Source: a virus | IMG/VR virus record: IMGVR_UViG_3300017728_002360 | Length of the DNA stretch: 64,000 nt | Reading direction: 5' to 3' (one strand) | In this document: positions 19,676-28,814 of the stretch, piece by piece | How positions within the stretch are numbered: position 1 is the stretch's first letter | How the letters are laid out: the number at the start of each line of letters is the position of its first letter | Program-made: the position numbers and the translations under genes | The notes under the pieces: model-generated | Told to the model about the DNA's origin: nothing | What the model saw: the letters and a program-made list of their open reading frames with translations, nothing else | Database searches by the model: none

Positions 19676-20385
19676 TCCCCGTAAATATCTAAAACTTCAC
19701 TAACCGCTTTGTGTCTTTCAATATCACTGTGTTGAAATCTTACAATATCGATACATGAAGTCGCCCTATGTCCTTCCAGTTTTTTAACAAATTCTAAAAG
19801 ACCGTTGTCAGACGCTCTATCTGCCTGCATCAAATCTCCTGTAACTACCATATATGATTTCTCACCTATTCTAGTTAACAGCATCTTCATTTGACTTGGA
19901 GTCGCATTTTGCATTTCATCTGCTACGATAAATGCTTTCTTAAATGTTCTTCCTCGCATATATGACAATGGAGCAATCTCAACTATACCGTCTTGAATCA
20001 TTCCTTCTACTTCTTTTGTAGAGTAGTATTCTTTGAATACATCAAAGATAGGTCTTGTCCAAGGAGCCATTTTGTCTTCCATGGTTCCTGGTAAAAACCC
20101 AAGGTCTTCATCAACTGATACAGCTGGTCTAGTAATGATTATTTTATCAACCAACCCGTCTTTAAAATTCTTAATAGCCACCTGGACCGCAAGTAGGGTC
20201 TTACCGGTTCCCGCAGGACCAATCCCGAAGACTATGTCTTTCTTGGGGTCCAACAGTTTTAGCATATATGTTTCTTGATTTCTATTTCTGGGTAGTATGT
20301 TTACTTGTTTTGATTGATGTGTATTGAAGTTAATAACATTCGAACGTTGCTGTTCGTAACGCCGTTTGGCACGTTTTGCACCCAT
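19672..20385 (-). CDS. phoH: PhoH-family ATPase
   Basis: GPAGTGKT, LGFLPG, YMRGRTF, DEMQN, TGDLMQAD; SD AAGGAG. Confidence 0.95.
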   Translation of the reverse strand: MGAKRAKRRYEQQRSNVINFNTHQSKQVNILPRNRNQETYMLKLLDPKKDIVFGIGPAGTGKTLLAVQVAIKNFKDGLVDKIIITRPAVSVDEDLGFLPGTMEDKMAPWTRPIFDVFKEYYSTKEVEGMIQDGIVEIAPLSYMRGRTFKKAFIVADEMQNATPSQMKMLLTRIGEKSYMVVTGDLMQADRASDNGLLEFVKKLEGHRATSCIDIVRFQHSDIERHKAVSEVLDIYGD

Positions 20386-20467
20386 TAAGTATCTCCTTTA
20401 TGAGTTAATCTACTATAAAGGCACCTTAAAGTTGTAAACACACAACTCTTTAGTGCATCTATAATAA

Positions 20468-20475
20468 TACTTATC
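20468..20475 (-). promoter_or_regulatory. Late-type promoter GATAAGTA for phoH
   Basis: Reverse complement of TACTTATC; same variant as 24529 and 28802. Confidence 0.5.
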
Positions 20476-20519
20476 AGGTTGCGGAGCAGACATAACTGCT
20501 CACTTATAAATGTAAACCG

Positions 20520-20527
20520 GATAAATA
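20520..20527 (+). promoter_or_regulatory. Late promoter GATAAATA, divergent from phoH
   Basis: Upstream of ATG 20554. Confidence 0.6.
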
Positions 20528-20553
20528 AGTGTATAAGGTATAGGTGAAAACAG

Positions 20554-21072
20554 ATGCATGATGTAATGGACATAGTTAAAAACGTAGAAGGTATATATGA
20601 AAGCGATACCGCTTTTAGTATATTAAAAGACTTCGAACGTGTTTTAGATGAATTAGATCTATATGTGTACGAGAACTGGGAAGATGGTGAATTAGTATCA
20701 GGCCCTAATATAGAGCGTCATTGGGTATCATGTGAATTTATGTGGCCTATGGATAAAATGCCAGACCCAATGGGTGGCAAAAGATTGTTAGATTACGACT
20801 GTAAAGTATCATATAAAAAGACTTCAGTAATTAAACCACGCAAAATACGTAAACCAGACGATATACGTGCAGGTACTAAAAAAGGTAAGCTAGACAGACA
20901 TCCTTGTTGGGTAGTAGAAATTACAATGCCTAAGGATTTGATACTTAATATATACAGTGGTTACAAAGAACAAACAGATTTCGTAAGTGAACCAGCAACA
21001 GGAACAACACAACCAGCAGTAGATGATGTGCCACAAGATGCAGAAGTTAGTGCAGAAGGTGGAGCAGTATAA
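20554..21072 (+). CDS. Hypothetical protein
   Basis: 172 aa after late promoter. Confidence 0.65.
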   Translation: MHDVMDIVKNVEGIYESDTAFSILKDFERVLDELDLYVYENWEDGELVSGPNIERHWVSCEFMWPMDKMPDPMGGKRLLDYDCKVSYKKTSVIKPRKIRKPDDIRAGTKKGKLDRHPCWVVEITMPKDLILNIYSGYKEQTDFVSEPATGTTQPAVDDVPQDAEVSAEGGAV

Positions 21073-21785
21073 TGGGACTACAAACAGGTGATCTTAAAGA
21101 ACTAGTCTACGATGTATTTGAAGTTGACTCATTTAAATCAAAAATGGGTGACGATAAGAACATAGTTGTAATGAGTTTTTCAACTAGAACAAAAGAGTCA
21201 GGCAATGACTTGATGAACTTCATAGAAAAAGGTTATCCTTTCGTATTAGATGCTGACGTAACATCAGGTGAACAACCAGATGGTACATATAAAGTATTTG
21301 TTGAAATGGAAAGATGTGCTGAATGTCCAGAGCAAGTTGTAGAAATTATAGACGGTGTTCAAAAACTAGCCGAGCTAGACAAGATGCGTTTTAGATATTA
21401 CAAAAGTTTCAAAAGCAATGATGTAAGTGTTGAATCGGTTTCAAATACAGTACCGCTAGACAATGATGCATATGATATCAAGGTCAACGAAAACAACATG
21501 GAAAACTACAAGAACTTTTTTAACAAAAGCTATATGGATAGTATTGAAATGTTGCAGGACAGCATTACGTTCAAAAGAAAATATAGTGGTGACTTGAAGT
21601 TAGATGTTGTTGATTTTGGTAAAACAGATGAAATTAACAAGTCTGTAACAGAGTCCTACAATGCCAATTCCTGGGCGGAGACAATTTACCTTACTAAATA
21701 CTTAGGCGACTACGATATTGAAAAGTATGGAGATAAGATACTTATTTCCAATGAAGGCTATACAGTCGTAACTAAAAGGAATTAA
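21072..21785 (+). CDS. Hypothetical protein
   Basis: 237 aa, stop/start overlap. Confidence 0.65.
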   Translation: MGLQTGDLKELVYDVFEVDSFKSKMGDDKNIVVMSFSTRTKESGNDLMNFIEKGYPFVLDADVTSGEQPDGTYKVFVEMERCAECPEQVVEIIDGVQKLAELDKMRFRYYKSFKSNDVSVESVSNTVPLDNDAYDIKVNENNMENYKNFFNKSYMDSIEMLQDSITFKRKYSGDLKLDVVDFGKTDEINKSVTESYNANSWAETIYLTKYLGDYDIEKYGDKILISNEGYTVVTKRN

Positions 21786-21787
21786 AA

Positions 21788-22297
21788 ATGCAATCAAATT
21801 ACGATAAGTGCTTAGAAACTATTCTGCACCACGAAGGTGGCTACGTGAATCACCCTAAAGATCCAGGTGGAGAAACTAATCTAGGCGTTACAAAAAGAGT
21901 TTACGATGAATGGGGCGGAACAAAAGACATGAAAGACTTGTTAGTCGAAGATGTTGCTCCTATTTACAAAAAGAATTATTGGGACAAAATGAAGGGCGAT
22001 GACCTACCAGGTGGATTAGACTTATGTGTATTCGACTTTGGTGTTAACGCAGGTCCAGGACGTTCAGCAAAATACCTACAAACTATGATTGGTACAGTAG
22101 CTGACGGTGGAATTGGTCCTAATACATTAAAGAAAGTTGCTGAGTATGTTGATGCACACGGCATTGAGTCAACTATCGAAAATTTCCAACAAGCTAGACA
22201 AAGTTACTACGAAAGTTTAAGTACCTTTGAAACATTTGGCAGAGGTTGGACAAGACGTGTTGACGAAACAACAGATTTAGCAAAAACAATGGTATGA
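21788..22297 (+). CDS. Endolysin, glycoside hydrolase family 108
   Basis: HEGGYVNHPKDPGGETNLGVT, FDFGVNAG, DGGIGPNTL, FGRGW. Confidence 0.9.
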   Translation: MQSNYDKCLETILHHEGGYVNHPKDPGGETNLGVTKRVYDEWGGTKDMKDLLVEDVAPIYKKNYWDKMKGDDLPGGLDLCVFDFGVNAGPGRSAKYLQTMIGTVADGGIGPNTLKKVAEYVDAHGIESTIENFQQARQSYYESLSTFETFGRGWTRRVDETTDLAKTMV

Positions 22298-22434
22298 TTA
22301 AATACTGTCAAAATTGTGGTAGAGCACACGAAGGCAGATTAATCGAAGAGTTTAAAGATGGGGATAACAAACCAATAGAAATAGTGGTTTGTGATTCTCC
22401 GAGATACGAGGAAGAAGATGGAAAAAGTAGTTAA
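22294..22434 (+). CDS. 46-aa CxxC/H protein (absent from ORF track)
   Basis: MIKYCQNCGRAHEG...VVCDSPRY; ATGA overlap with endolysin stop. Confidence 0.55.
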   Translation: MIKYCQNCGRAHEGRLIEEFKDGDNKPIEIVVCDSPRYEEEDGKSS

Positions 22435-22642
22435 AGCAATAGCAGAACATTTAGACATTGATGTATCCAAGGTTGTACCTGAAGCATCATTAATAGATGA
22501 CCTAGGTGCTGACGATTTTGACATTGTTGAAATGACCATTGCTATACAAAATGCAACAGGTGGAACAATTACATCAGAACAAGAAGCCAACGTTAAAACT
22601 GTTGGTGATTTTATTAAACTAGTGGAGAACAAGAATGTTTAG
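22418..22642 (+). CDS. Acyl-carrier-protein-like protein lacking the phosphopantetheine serine
   Basis: IAEHL...PEASLIDDLGADDFDIVEM...VKTVGD. Confidence 0.75.
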   Translation: MEKVVKAIAEHLDIDVSKVVPEASLIDDLGADDFDIVEMTIAIQNATGGTITSEQEANVKTVGDFIKLVENKNV

Positions 22643-23120
22643 TTCTTTAAAAATTGGATTATTAATAGTAGTGTTAGCAGGTGCTGGTGGTGGCTTTATG
22701 TATGTAAAGAATCTAAAAGCAGACTTGGCTACATCAGAAGCAAATAATCTTAAATTAGAACAAAGTGTTGAAAGTCAAAAAGCTGTTATCACACAGATGA
22801 AAGCAGACTTTGAAATGCAAAACATAATCAAAGCAAATCTAGAAAAACAAAATGATGAATTAAAGAAAGAGTTTGCGGCACTAGATAAAAAGTTTAACAA
22901 GATAAACGGAAAAGGCGAAGTACGTGATATTGGTGATCTCGGAATTAAGAGACCAGAGTCAGTAGAACGTATAATTAATAAAGGAAGTGCCAATGCAATG
23001 AGATGTAGTGAAATTGCAATGGGAAGTCCATTAACGGAGAAAGAGAAGAATGCAACTAAGAAATCTGAAATCAATTCTGAGTGTCCTAGTATTGCTAACC
23101 CTAACTACGTTCCTTACTAG
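22635..23120 (+). CDS. Putative inner-membrane spanin (Rz-like)
   Basis: N-terminal TM, long coiled coil, C-terminal Cys; overlaps lipoprotein gene. Confidence 0.65.
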   Translation: MFSSLKIGLLIVVLAGAGGGFMYVKNLKADLATSEANNLKLEQSVESQKAVITQMKADFEMQNIIKANLEKQNDELKKEFAALDKKFNKINGKGEVRDIGDLGIKRPESVERIINKGSANAMRCSEIAMGSPLTEKEKNATKKSEINSECPSIANPNYVPY

Positions 23121-23442
23121 TTGCGGTACAGCAGTAAAACAGTTAGAGATCTTTAGTAAAGAAGTTGAAAGAGAACCTCTAAACCTTCCTGCTCCACTTA
23201 CACCTAAACTAGAAGAAATTAAGTGGACTATTATTACGTCTGAAAATGCTGAAGAAGTGTTTGAAAAACTTAAAGCAGGTGGCGTAGATCCTGTATTGTT
23301 TGGCCTAACTGACGACGGTTATGAAGCACTAGCTAAAAACTTTGCACAAATACGTGCTTATATGCTACAACAAGACGAAATAATCAAGTCTTACAAAGAG
23401 TACTACGAAGGTACTAAGAATAAACCCTCCAAGAACAAGTAA
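23050..23442 (+). CDS. Putative outer-membrane spanin lipoprotein (Rz1-like)
   Basis: Signal peptide with lipobox LTSC, Pro-rich segment; 71-nt overlap with i-spanin. Confidence 0.65.
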   Translation: MQLRNLKSILSVLVLLTLTTFLTSCGTAVKQLEIFSKEVEREPLNLPAPLTPKLEEIKWTIITSENAEEVFEKLKAGGVDPVLFGLTDDGYEALAKNFAQIRAYMLQQDEIIKSYKEYYEGTKNKPSKNK

Positions 23443-23449
23443 TTTCGAA

Positions 23450-23483
23450 TAAATACACATATAATACGAGGAGTATATATGTG
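23450..23483 (+). promoter_or_regulatory. Late promoter core TAAATA overlapping a hairpin that masks SD and AUG
   Basis: CACATATA(A)TAC-GAGGA-GTATATATGTG, 11 bp with one bulge. Confidence 0.55.
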
Positions 23484-23760
23484 GGAAATAATCGAAAGAA
23501 TGGCTTCAGATAGACTGTGGATCTACACAGCTCTAGTAGGGTCTTTGTTTGGTCTTGCTTTTTCAACCTATTTTAAATCAACAAGACTTGGACTTTGGAT
23601 GTATGGCCACTTTGACCGCATAGCAGATTACCTTGTAGAACGTTGGGGTTGGACTTGGCTACAGCAACCAGATGATGCTTGGAGAAAGAAATATCCATAC
23701 GTAACTAAAAAGATTGACGAGCTAGAAGCACGTTTAAAGAAGATAGAAAAGAAGAAGTAA
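23479..23760 (+). CDS. Single-TM membrane protein in lysis cassette
   Basis: 93 aa, N-terminal TM, basic C-terminus. Confidence 0.6.
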   Translation: MWEIIERMASDRLWIYTALVGSLFGLAFSTYFKSTRLGLWMYGHFDRIADYLVERWGWTWLQQPDDAWRKKYPYVTKKIDELEARLKKIEKKK

Positions 23761-23761
23761 A

Positions 23762-24199
23762 ATGTTTGATCAATTAGGAATGGAACTTACAGATATTTTA
23801 GCACCTTGGATTGCTATACTAATATCTATATCGGCGGCTTTCTGGTTTAAGGACTTTGCAGTTAACTTAATGAGTGGACTGAAGTTAAAATTTAATCCTG
23901 CTTTTAACGAAGGCGATCATATCATATTAGATGATGACGATGCTATTATTGTTAAGATAGGATTACGTGAAAGTGTATTTGGTGTATACAGAGACAAAGG
24001 ATATGTTTGGAGATTTATACCCAACGATAGATTAAAGTTTCATAAAATTGAAAAAATTATAAACAAAAATTTACATTTAGATAGTGAAGCAGAAAAGGGA
24101 CGTAGAATACAGGCAATGATAGATAAGGGACAATCAGACGCAATAGCAAAAAATACAAACGCGATAAAAGATATAAAAAATGGAAAAAGAAAAACTTAA
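23762..24199 (+). CDS. Truncated MscS-like protein
   Basis: AFWFKDFAVNLMSG...FNEGD.I....AIIVKIGLR...FIPN resembles MscS TM3 plus beta domain. Confidence 0.55.
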   Translation: MFDQLGMELTDILAPWIAILISISAAFWFKDFAVNLMSGLKLKFNPAFNEGDHIILDDDDAIIVKIGLRESVFGVYRDKGYVWRFIPNDRLKFHKIEKIINKNLHLDSEAEKGRRIQAMIDKGQSDAIAKNTNAIKDIKNGKRKT

Positions 24200-24518
24200 T
24201 AACAAACCTATAAAGTCAGAGGGGGCGAAGCCAGTGGCGGAGACTAAAAAAGTTAATATAGAGTTAGAGGTTGATACTAATGTTGTTGACAGTTCAAAGA
24301 ACAAATATCAATCACTTATTGACCTTGCAAGAGCAGTAGACAGTTGGAGAATATTTCCACGTATTTTTATTACAACTTACATATTTTTATTATACAAAGT
24401 TGTAATTTGGTACATGGCATTACCGAATCCTACTATGGAACAATCAGGATTGGTTAGTATCGTAGTTGGTGCTGGTGCGGCCTGGTTTGGACTTTATACC
24501 GGAACTAGCAAAAAATAG
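24180..24518 (+). CDS. Holin-like 2-TM protein
   Basis: WRIFPR followed by two TM helices; lysis context. Confidence 0.45.
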   Translation: MEKEKLNNKPIKSEGAKPVAETKKVNIELEVDTNVVDSSKNKYQSLIDLARAVDSWRIFPRIFITTYIFLLYKVVIWYMALPNPTMEQSGLVSIVVGAGAAWFGLYTGTSKK

Positions 24519-24544
24519 CATACTAGCCGATAAGTAATAGTATG
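24519..24544 (+). promoter_or_regulatory. Late promoter GATAAGTA in the loop of a 7-bp hairpin containing the dnaJ ATG
   Basis: CATACTA-GCCGATAAGTAA-TAGTATG. Confidence 0.55.
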
Positions 24545-25399
24545 GACTATTACAATGTGTTAGGTGTTGACAAATCAGCTTCAGAATCTGAATTAAAATC
24601 GGCATACAAAAAAGCAAGTATGAAACATCACCCTGACCGTACGGGTGGAGATGATTCACAATTCAAAAAAATAAACGAAGCCTACTCAGCCCTTAAAGAT
24701 CCACAAAAAAGACAGATGTATGATCAGTTTGGAACTACTGATCCACAACAGCAAGGATTCAATCCTGGCGGTGGTACTTCATTCCACTTTAATGGTGGAG
24801 ATATGAATGAAGTGTTTAGTAGATTCTTTGGTGAAGGGTTTGCACAACCACAAAGAAGACCACAGAACCAAAGTATTACAATTGGTGCTGACATAAACAT
24901 TGAAGATATAGTAAAAGGTAAAGAGCTTATAGCAACATATAGGCTACCTACTGGTAGAGAAGAAACAGTAACAATCAAAATACCCAAAGGTGTACGCCCA
25001 GGTGATACAATGAAGTATCCTGGTATGGGAGGAGATCATGTTCCCAATATGCCTAGAGGTGATCTGTTTGTAAAAGTGCGAGTCAGAAGACACCCCGACT
25101 ACCAAGTAGATGGCATAAATTTATATATAGAGAGAAACGTGAGTGTATTCGATCTACTATTAGGCACAAACATTAGAGTTGATACTTTACATGGTAGAAA
25201 GTTAAGTGTTAGTGTTCCTCCAGGCTCCAATTCAGGTACAACGTTTAGTATTAGTGGACAAGGCTTACCAGATCAAAGAAGTGGTCAAACAGGTAACTTG
25301 TATGTTAAAGTAACAGGCATAACGCCAAACATAACGAACGAAGAAATTAGAGAAAGATTAGCGAAGATAAAAGATGAAATTGATATATCACCCAAATAG
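24542..25399 (+). CDS. dnaJ: DnaJ-family co-chaperone (no Zn finger)
   Basis: DYYNVLGV, HHPDR, G/F region, GDLFV. Confidence 0.9.
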   Translation: MDYYNVLGVDKSASESELKSAYKKASMKHHPDRTGGDDSQFKKINEAYSALKDPQKRQMYDQFGTTDPQQQGFNPGGGTSFHFNGGDMNEVFSRFFGEGFAQPQRRPQNQSITIGADINIEDIVKGKELIATYRLPTGREETVTIKIPKGVRPGDTMKYPGMGGDHVPNMPRGDLFVKVRVRRHPDYQVDGINLYIERNVSVFDLLLGTNIRVDTLHGRKLSVSVPPGSNSGTTFSISGQGLPDQRSGQTGNLYVKVTGITPNITNEEIRERLAKIKDEIDISPK

Positions 25400-25913
25400 T
25401 TGGTTAGAACGTAAAGTAGATCCATTTGATTTTAACAAGCTCAATGCAAAAGAGATTGAGGAACAAATGATTGAGATTATGGACAAGAACCAAGGTGTAG
25501 GACTTGCGGCTAACCAAGTCGAGCTCAATGCACAAATTTTTATTATGAAGCCAAAAGGCCTAGAAGGTTACGAAGATGATAAACCTTTTGCAATCATCAA
25601 TCCTAAAATTACACAGGTAGCACAAGAGATGATTGAAGGCGAAGAAGGCTGTTTAAGTTTTCCATTACTATACGTTAAGGTTAAAAGACCAGTAGGATTG
25701 GTAACAGAGTGTCTTGACTCTAGCGGAAAAGAGTGTACAATAGAGTTAACAGGTTGGAATGCGAGAATCTTTGGTCATGAGTATGATCATCTATATGGAA
25801 TCAACTACATTGATAGAGTAAGTAGATTGAGATTAGACATGGCAAAGAAGAAGCAGAACAAATTAATGAAACGAATATCAAGACAAGTTAAGGATACTAA
25901 ATTATATGGTTGA
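25374..25913 (+). CDS. def: Peptide deformylase
   Basis: GVGLAANQ, EGCLS, HEYDHL. Confidence 0.95.
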   Translation: MKLIYHPNSWLERKVDPFDFNKLNAKEIEEQMIEIMDKNQGVGLAANQVELNAQIFIMKPKGLEGYEDDKPFAIINPKITQVAQEMIEGEEGCLSFPLLYVKVKRPVGLVTECLDSSGKECTIELTGWNARIFGHEYDHLYGINYIDRVSRLRLDMAKKKQNKLMKRISRQVKDTKLYG

Positions 25914-28164
25914 ACCGAGCGAACAGTTACAGTTAGTTTTTGATAAAGCAGTAGACGTCTCTAAGAAGTTGCATCATGAGTATGTAACCATTGAGCATTT
26001 GCTCTTTGCGATGTTATGCGAGGATAGTTTTGCTAAGATTATAGAAGGCTATGGTGCGGATCCAGAGTTCCTTAAAAAGAATGTAGAGAATTATTTAAAA
26101 ACGCAAACAGAAACTATTCAACTAGACAAAGCACAGGCTAAAAAGTACAAGCCTAAGAAGACTCATGCAGTTGAAAGAGTATTAAACAGAGCATTTACGC
26201 AAGTATTGTTTAGTGGACGTAACCATATTGATTGTTCAGATGTATTTTTAAGCATCATGAATGAAAAGAAAAGTTGGTCATACTATCATATTGCAAAATG
26301 TAACATTGATAAAGATAAGTTTGCAGACTATCTAAGTAACGAAGTAGTTGATAGCTACGAAGATGAAGAAATGCAAGGTATGGCTACTAGAGCTTTACGT
26401 TCATTTACAACTAATCTTAACTTAGAAGTAGACAAAGGTAAAATTGATCCTGTTATAGGACGTATAGACGAATTAGATTCTATTGCACTTGCTTTAGGTA
26501 GACGTGCAAAGAATAACGTATTGCTAGTGGGTGATCCAGGCGTAGGTAAAACAGCTATTGCTGAAGGCCTTGCCTGGAACATCGTCAACAACACAGTTCC
26601 AGAGTTCCTAAAAGAATATAGTGTTTACAACTTAGACATAGGAAGTATGTTAGCAGGTTCTAAATACAGAGGAGACTTTGAAGAACGTTTTAAACTTGTT
26701 ATGTCAGCACTAAAGAAACGTGGTAAAACTATTGTATTCATAGATGAAGCACATATGATGAATGGTGCAGGTGCAGGTGGCGGACAAAGTTCCAATGATT
26801 TAGCTAATATGTTGAAGCCCGTACTGACAAAGGGTAATATCAAAGTAGTAGCAAGTACAACATGGGAAGAATATCGTAAGTACTTTGAGAAGGACCGTGC
26901 ATTAATGCGTAGGTTTGCTAGAGTAACTGTTGATGAGCCTAGTAAAGAAATGACAAAAGATATATTACAAGGCATTAAAAAGTATTATGAGGAGTTTCAT
27001 AAGACAACTATTACAGATGAAGCTATTGAAAGTGCAATTAAGTTAAGTGTCAAGTACCAATCAGATAAAAAACTTCCTGATAAAGCAATTGATTTGATTG
27101 ATTGTGCTTGTAGTAGGTTTAATCTAAAAGATCCAAAAGCTGAAAAGACTATTGGTGAAGATGAAATACAGTTTGAACTTGCTAAAGCAACTAACTTACC
27201 TGAAGAAACAGTAAAAGAAAAAGAAACAAGCAACCTTGCTAACTTAGATAAGAATCTAAAAGGCGAGATATACGGTCAAGATTTAGCAATAGATCAAATA
27301 GTTGATAAGATACTTGTTGCACAGGCAGGACTTAAAGCAGAAAACAAACCAATTGGTTCTTTTGTGTTCATGGGTCCAACTGGTGTAGGTAAAACTGAAA
27401 CTGCTAGACAGCTATCTAAACAACTTGGCGTAAAACTTGTAAGGTTTGATATGTCAGAGTATCAAGAGAAACATAGTGTTGCCAAGTTAATAGGTTCACC
27501 TCCAGGTTATGTTGGTTTTGAAGAAAACGCAGGACTATTGATTACTAAACTACAAGAACATCCTAACTGTGTATTACTGTTAGATGAAATTGAGAAATCA
27601 CACCCTGACGTAAGTTCTTTATTATTACAAATCATGGACAATGGATTTGTTACAGGTTCAAATGGTAAGACTGCTGACTGTAGAAACATTGTATTGATCC
27701 TAACTACCAACTTAGGTTCACAAGAAGCTGAACAAAATGCTATTGGGTTTGGTGATGTTAACAAAGACTACGAAGATACAGAGTTGAAAAAGTTCTTTGC
27801 ACCAGAGTTTAGAAATAGACTTGACGGAACAATGACATTTAATAAACTTGAAAAGAATACAATGATTAAAATTGTTGGTAAGTTCCTAGTAGAACTAAAA
27901 AATATGCTAACTGAAAAAGGTGTTACGACAACAGTAAGCGATGACGCTATTGACTTGTTAGTTGACAAAGGATTTGATGCTAAGATGGGTGCAAGACCTT
28001 TACAACGTGTAATTGACAAGGACATTAAGACTCCTTTATCCAAGAAACTCTTGTTTGGTGACTTAAAAGATGGTGGTACATTAAATATCGATATTAAAGA
28101 CGATAACTTTGTATTAAATATCGATAAAGTCAAGGAGCAAGAAGTCGTTGATCAAAAGAACTAG
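25906..28164 (+). CDS. clpA: ClpA-type ATP-dependent chaperone
   Basis: Clp N-domain, two AAA+ modules (GDPGVGKT, GPTGVGKT), IGF loop, MGARPL. Confidence 0.93.
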   Translation: MVEPSEQLQLVFDKAVDVSKKLHHEYVTIEHLLFAMLCEDSFAKIIEGYGADPEFLKKNVENYLKTQTETIQLDKAQAKKYKPKKTHAVERVLNRAFTQVLFSGRNHIDCSDVFLSIMNEKKSWSYYHIAKCNIDKDKFADYLSNEVVDSYEDEEMQGMATRALRSFTTNLNLEVDKGKIDPVIGRIDELDSIALALGRRAKNNVLLVGDPGVGKTAIAEGLAWNIVNNTVPEFLKEYSVYNLDIGSMLAGSKYRGDFEERFKLVMSALKKRGKTIVFIDEAHMMNGAGAGGGQSSNDLANMLKPVLTKGNIKVVASTTWEEYRKYFEKDRALMRRFARVTVDEPSKEMTKDILQGIKKYYEEFHKTTITDEAIESAIKLSVKYQSDKKLPDKAIDLIDCACSRFNLKDPKAEKTIGEDEIQFELAKATNLPEETVKEKETSNLANLDKNLKGEIYGQDLAIDQIVDKILVAQAGLKAENKPIGSFVFMGPTGVGKTETARQLSKQLGVKLVRFDMSEYQEKHSVAKLIGSPPGYVGFEENAGLLITKLQEHPNCVLLLDEIEKSHPDVSSLLLQIMDNGFVTGSNGKTADCRNIVLILTTNLGSQEAEQNAIGFGDVNKDYEDTELKKFFAPEFRNRLDGTMTFNKLEKNTMIKIVGKFLVELKNMLTEKGVTTTVSDDAIDLLVDKGFDAKMGARPLQRVIDKDIKTPLSKKLLFGDLKDGGTLNIDIKDDNFVLNIDKVKEQEVVDQKN

Positions 28165-28813
28165 TAACAAACTGTTTTGGGACAAGTACGCCTACAAGCT
28201 AGGAGTATATAATTCCGCTACACAAATCTTTAGAAACAAACGTCTAGAGAATGCTAGAGATATCATTGACGGACTAGAACTTAAAAGCGGTCAAGGACAA
28301 CCATTAAGATTAAAGTTTCATAGATTCTCGCAAAGAGAAACTGATGTTACTGAAAATGATTTCTTTGATCTAAAAGTATTAATAAGTCATTTCCAAGACA
28401 AAGAAGATTTTATGCTGAGATGTGAAGGATCACGTCTTGGTATATATTCTAACAACGTAACTTGGTTAAAAGTAATAGCTAAAAAACTTAAAGATGTTCC
28501 TTGGCTATGGGAACCAAGCATACCTAACTTACAAAAGAATACTATTGCTGTAGACAAAGACATTGGCTTTGAATTTAAAGCATATCTAAATGGTACTGCT
28601 GATCCTAACTTCGCAGACTACTGTTTAAAGAACAAAGACAAGATTAAAGCTGGAGATAGATTGATACGTGACCTACAACAGGGACGTAATCTAAAGGGCA
28701 AGTACATATATGTAAAGAATGACAGTATTTTAACCATAGTAAGACTGTTCTTACATAACAACATTATGAGGATCGATAAGCTAATCTATCAACCAAATAC
28801 TGATAAGTACTAG
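28148..28813 (+). CDS. Hypothetical protein
   Basis: 221 aa, TTG start with SD AAGGAG. Confidence 0.6.
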   Translation: MIKRTSNKLFWDKYAYKLGVYNSATQIFRNKRLENARDIIDGLELKSGQGQPLRLKFHRFSQRETDVTENDFFDLKVLISHFQDKEDFMLRCEGSRLGIYSNNVTWLKVIAKKLKDVPWLWEPSIPNLQKNTIAVDKDIGFEFKAYLNGTADPNFADYCLKNKDKIKAGDRLIRDLQQGRNLKGKYIYVKNDSILTIVRLFLHNNIMRIDKLIYQPNTDKY

Positions 28814-28814
28814 T

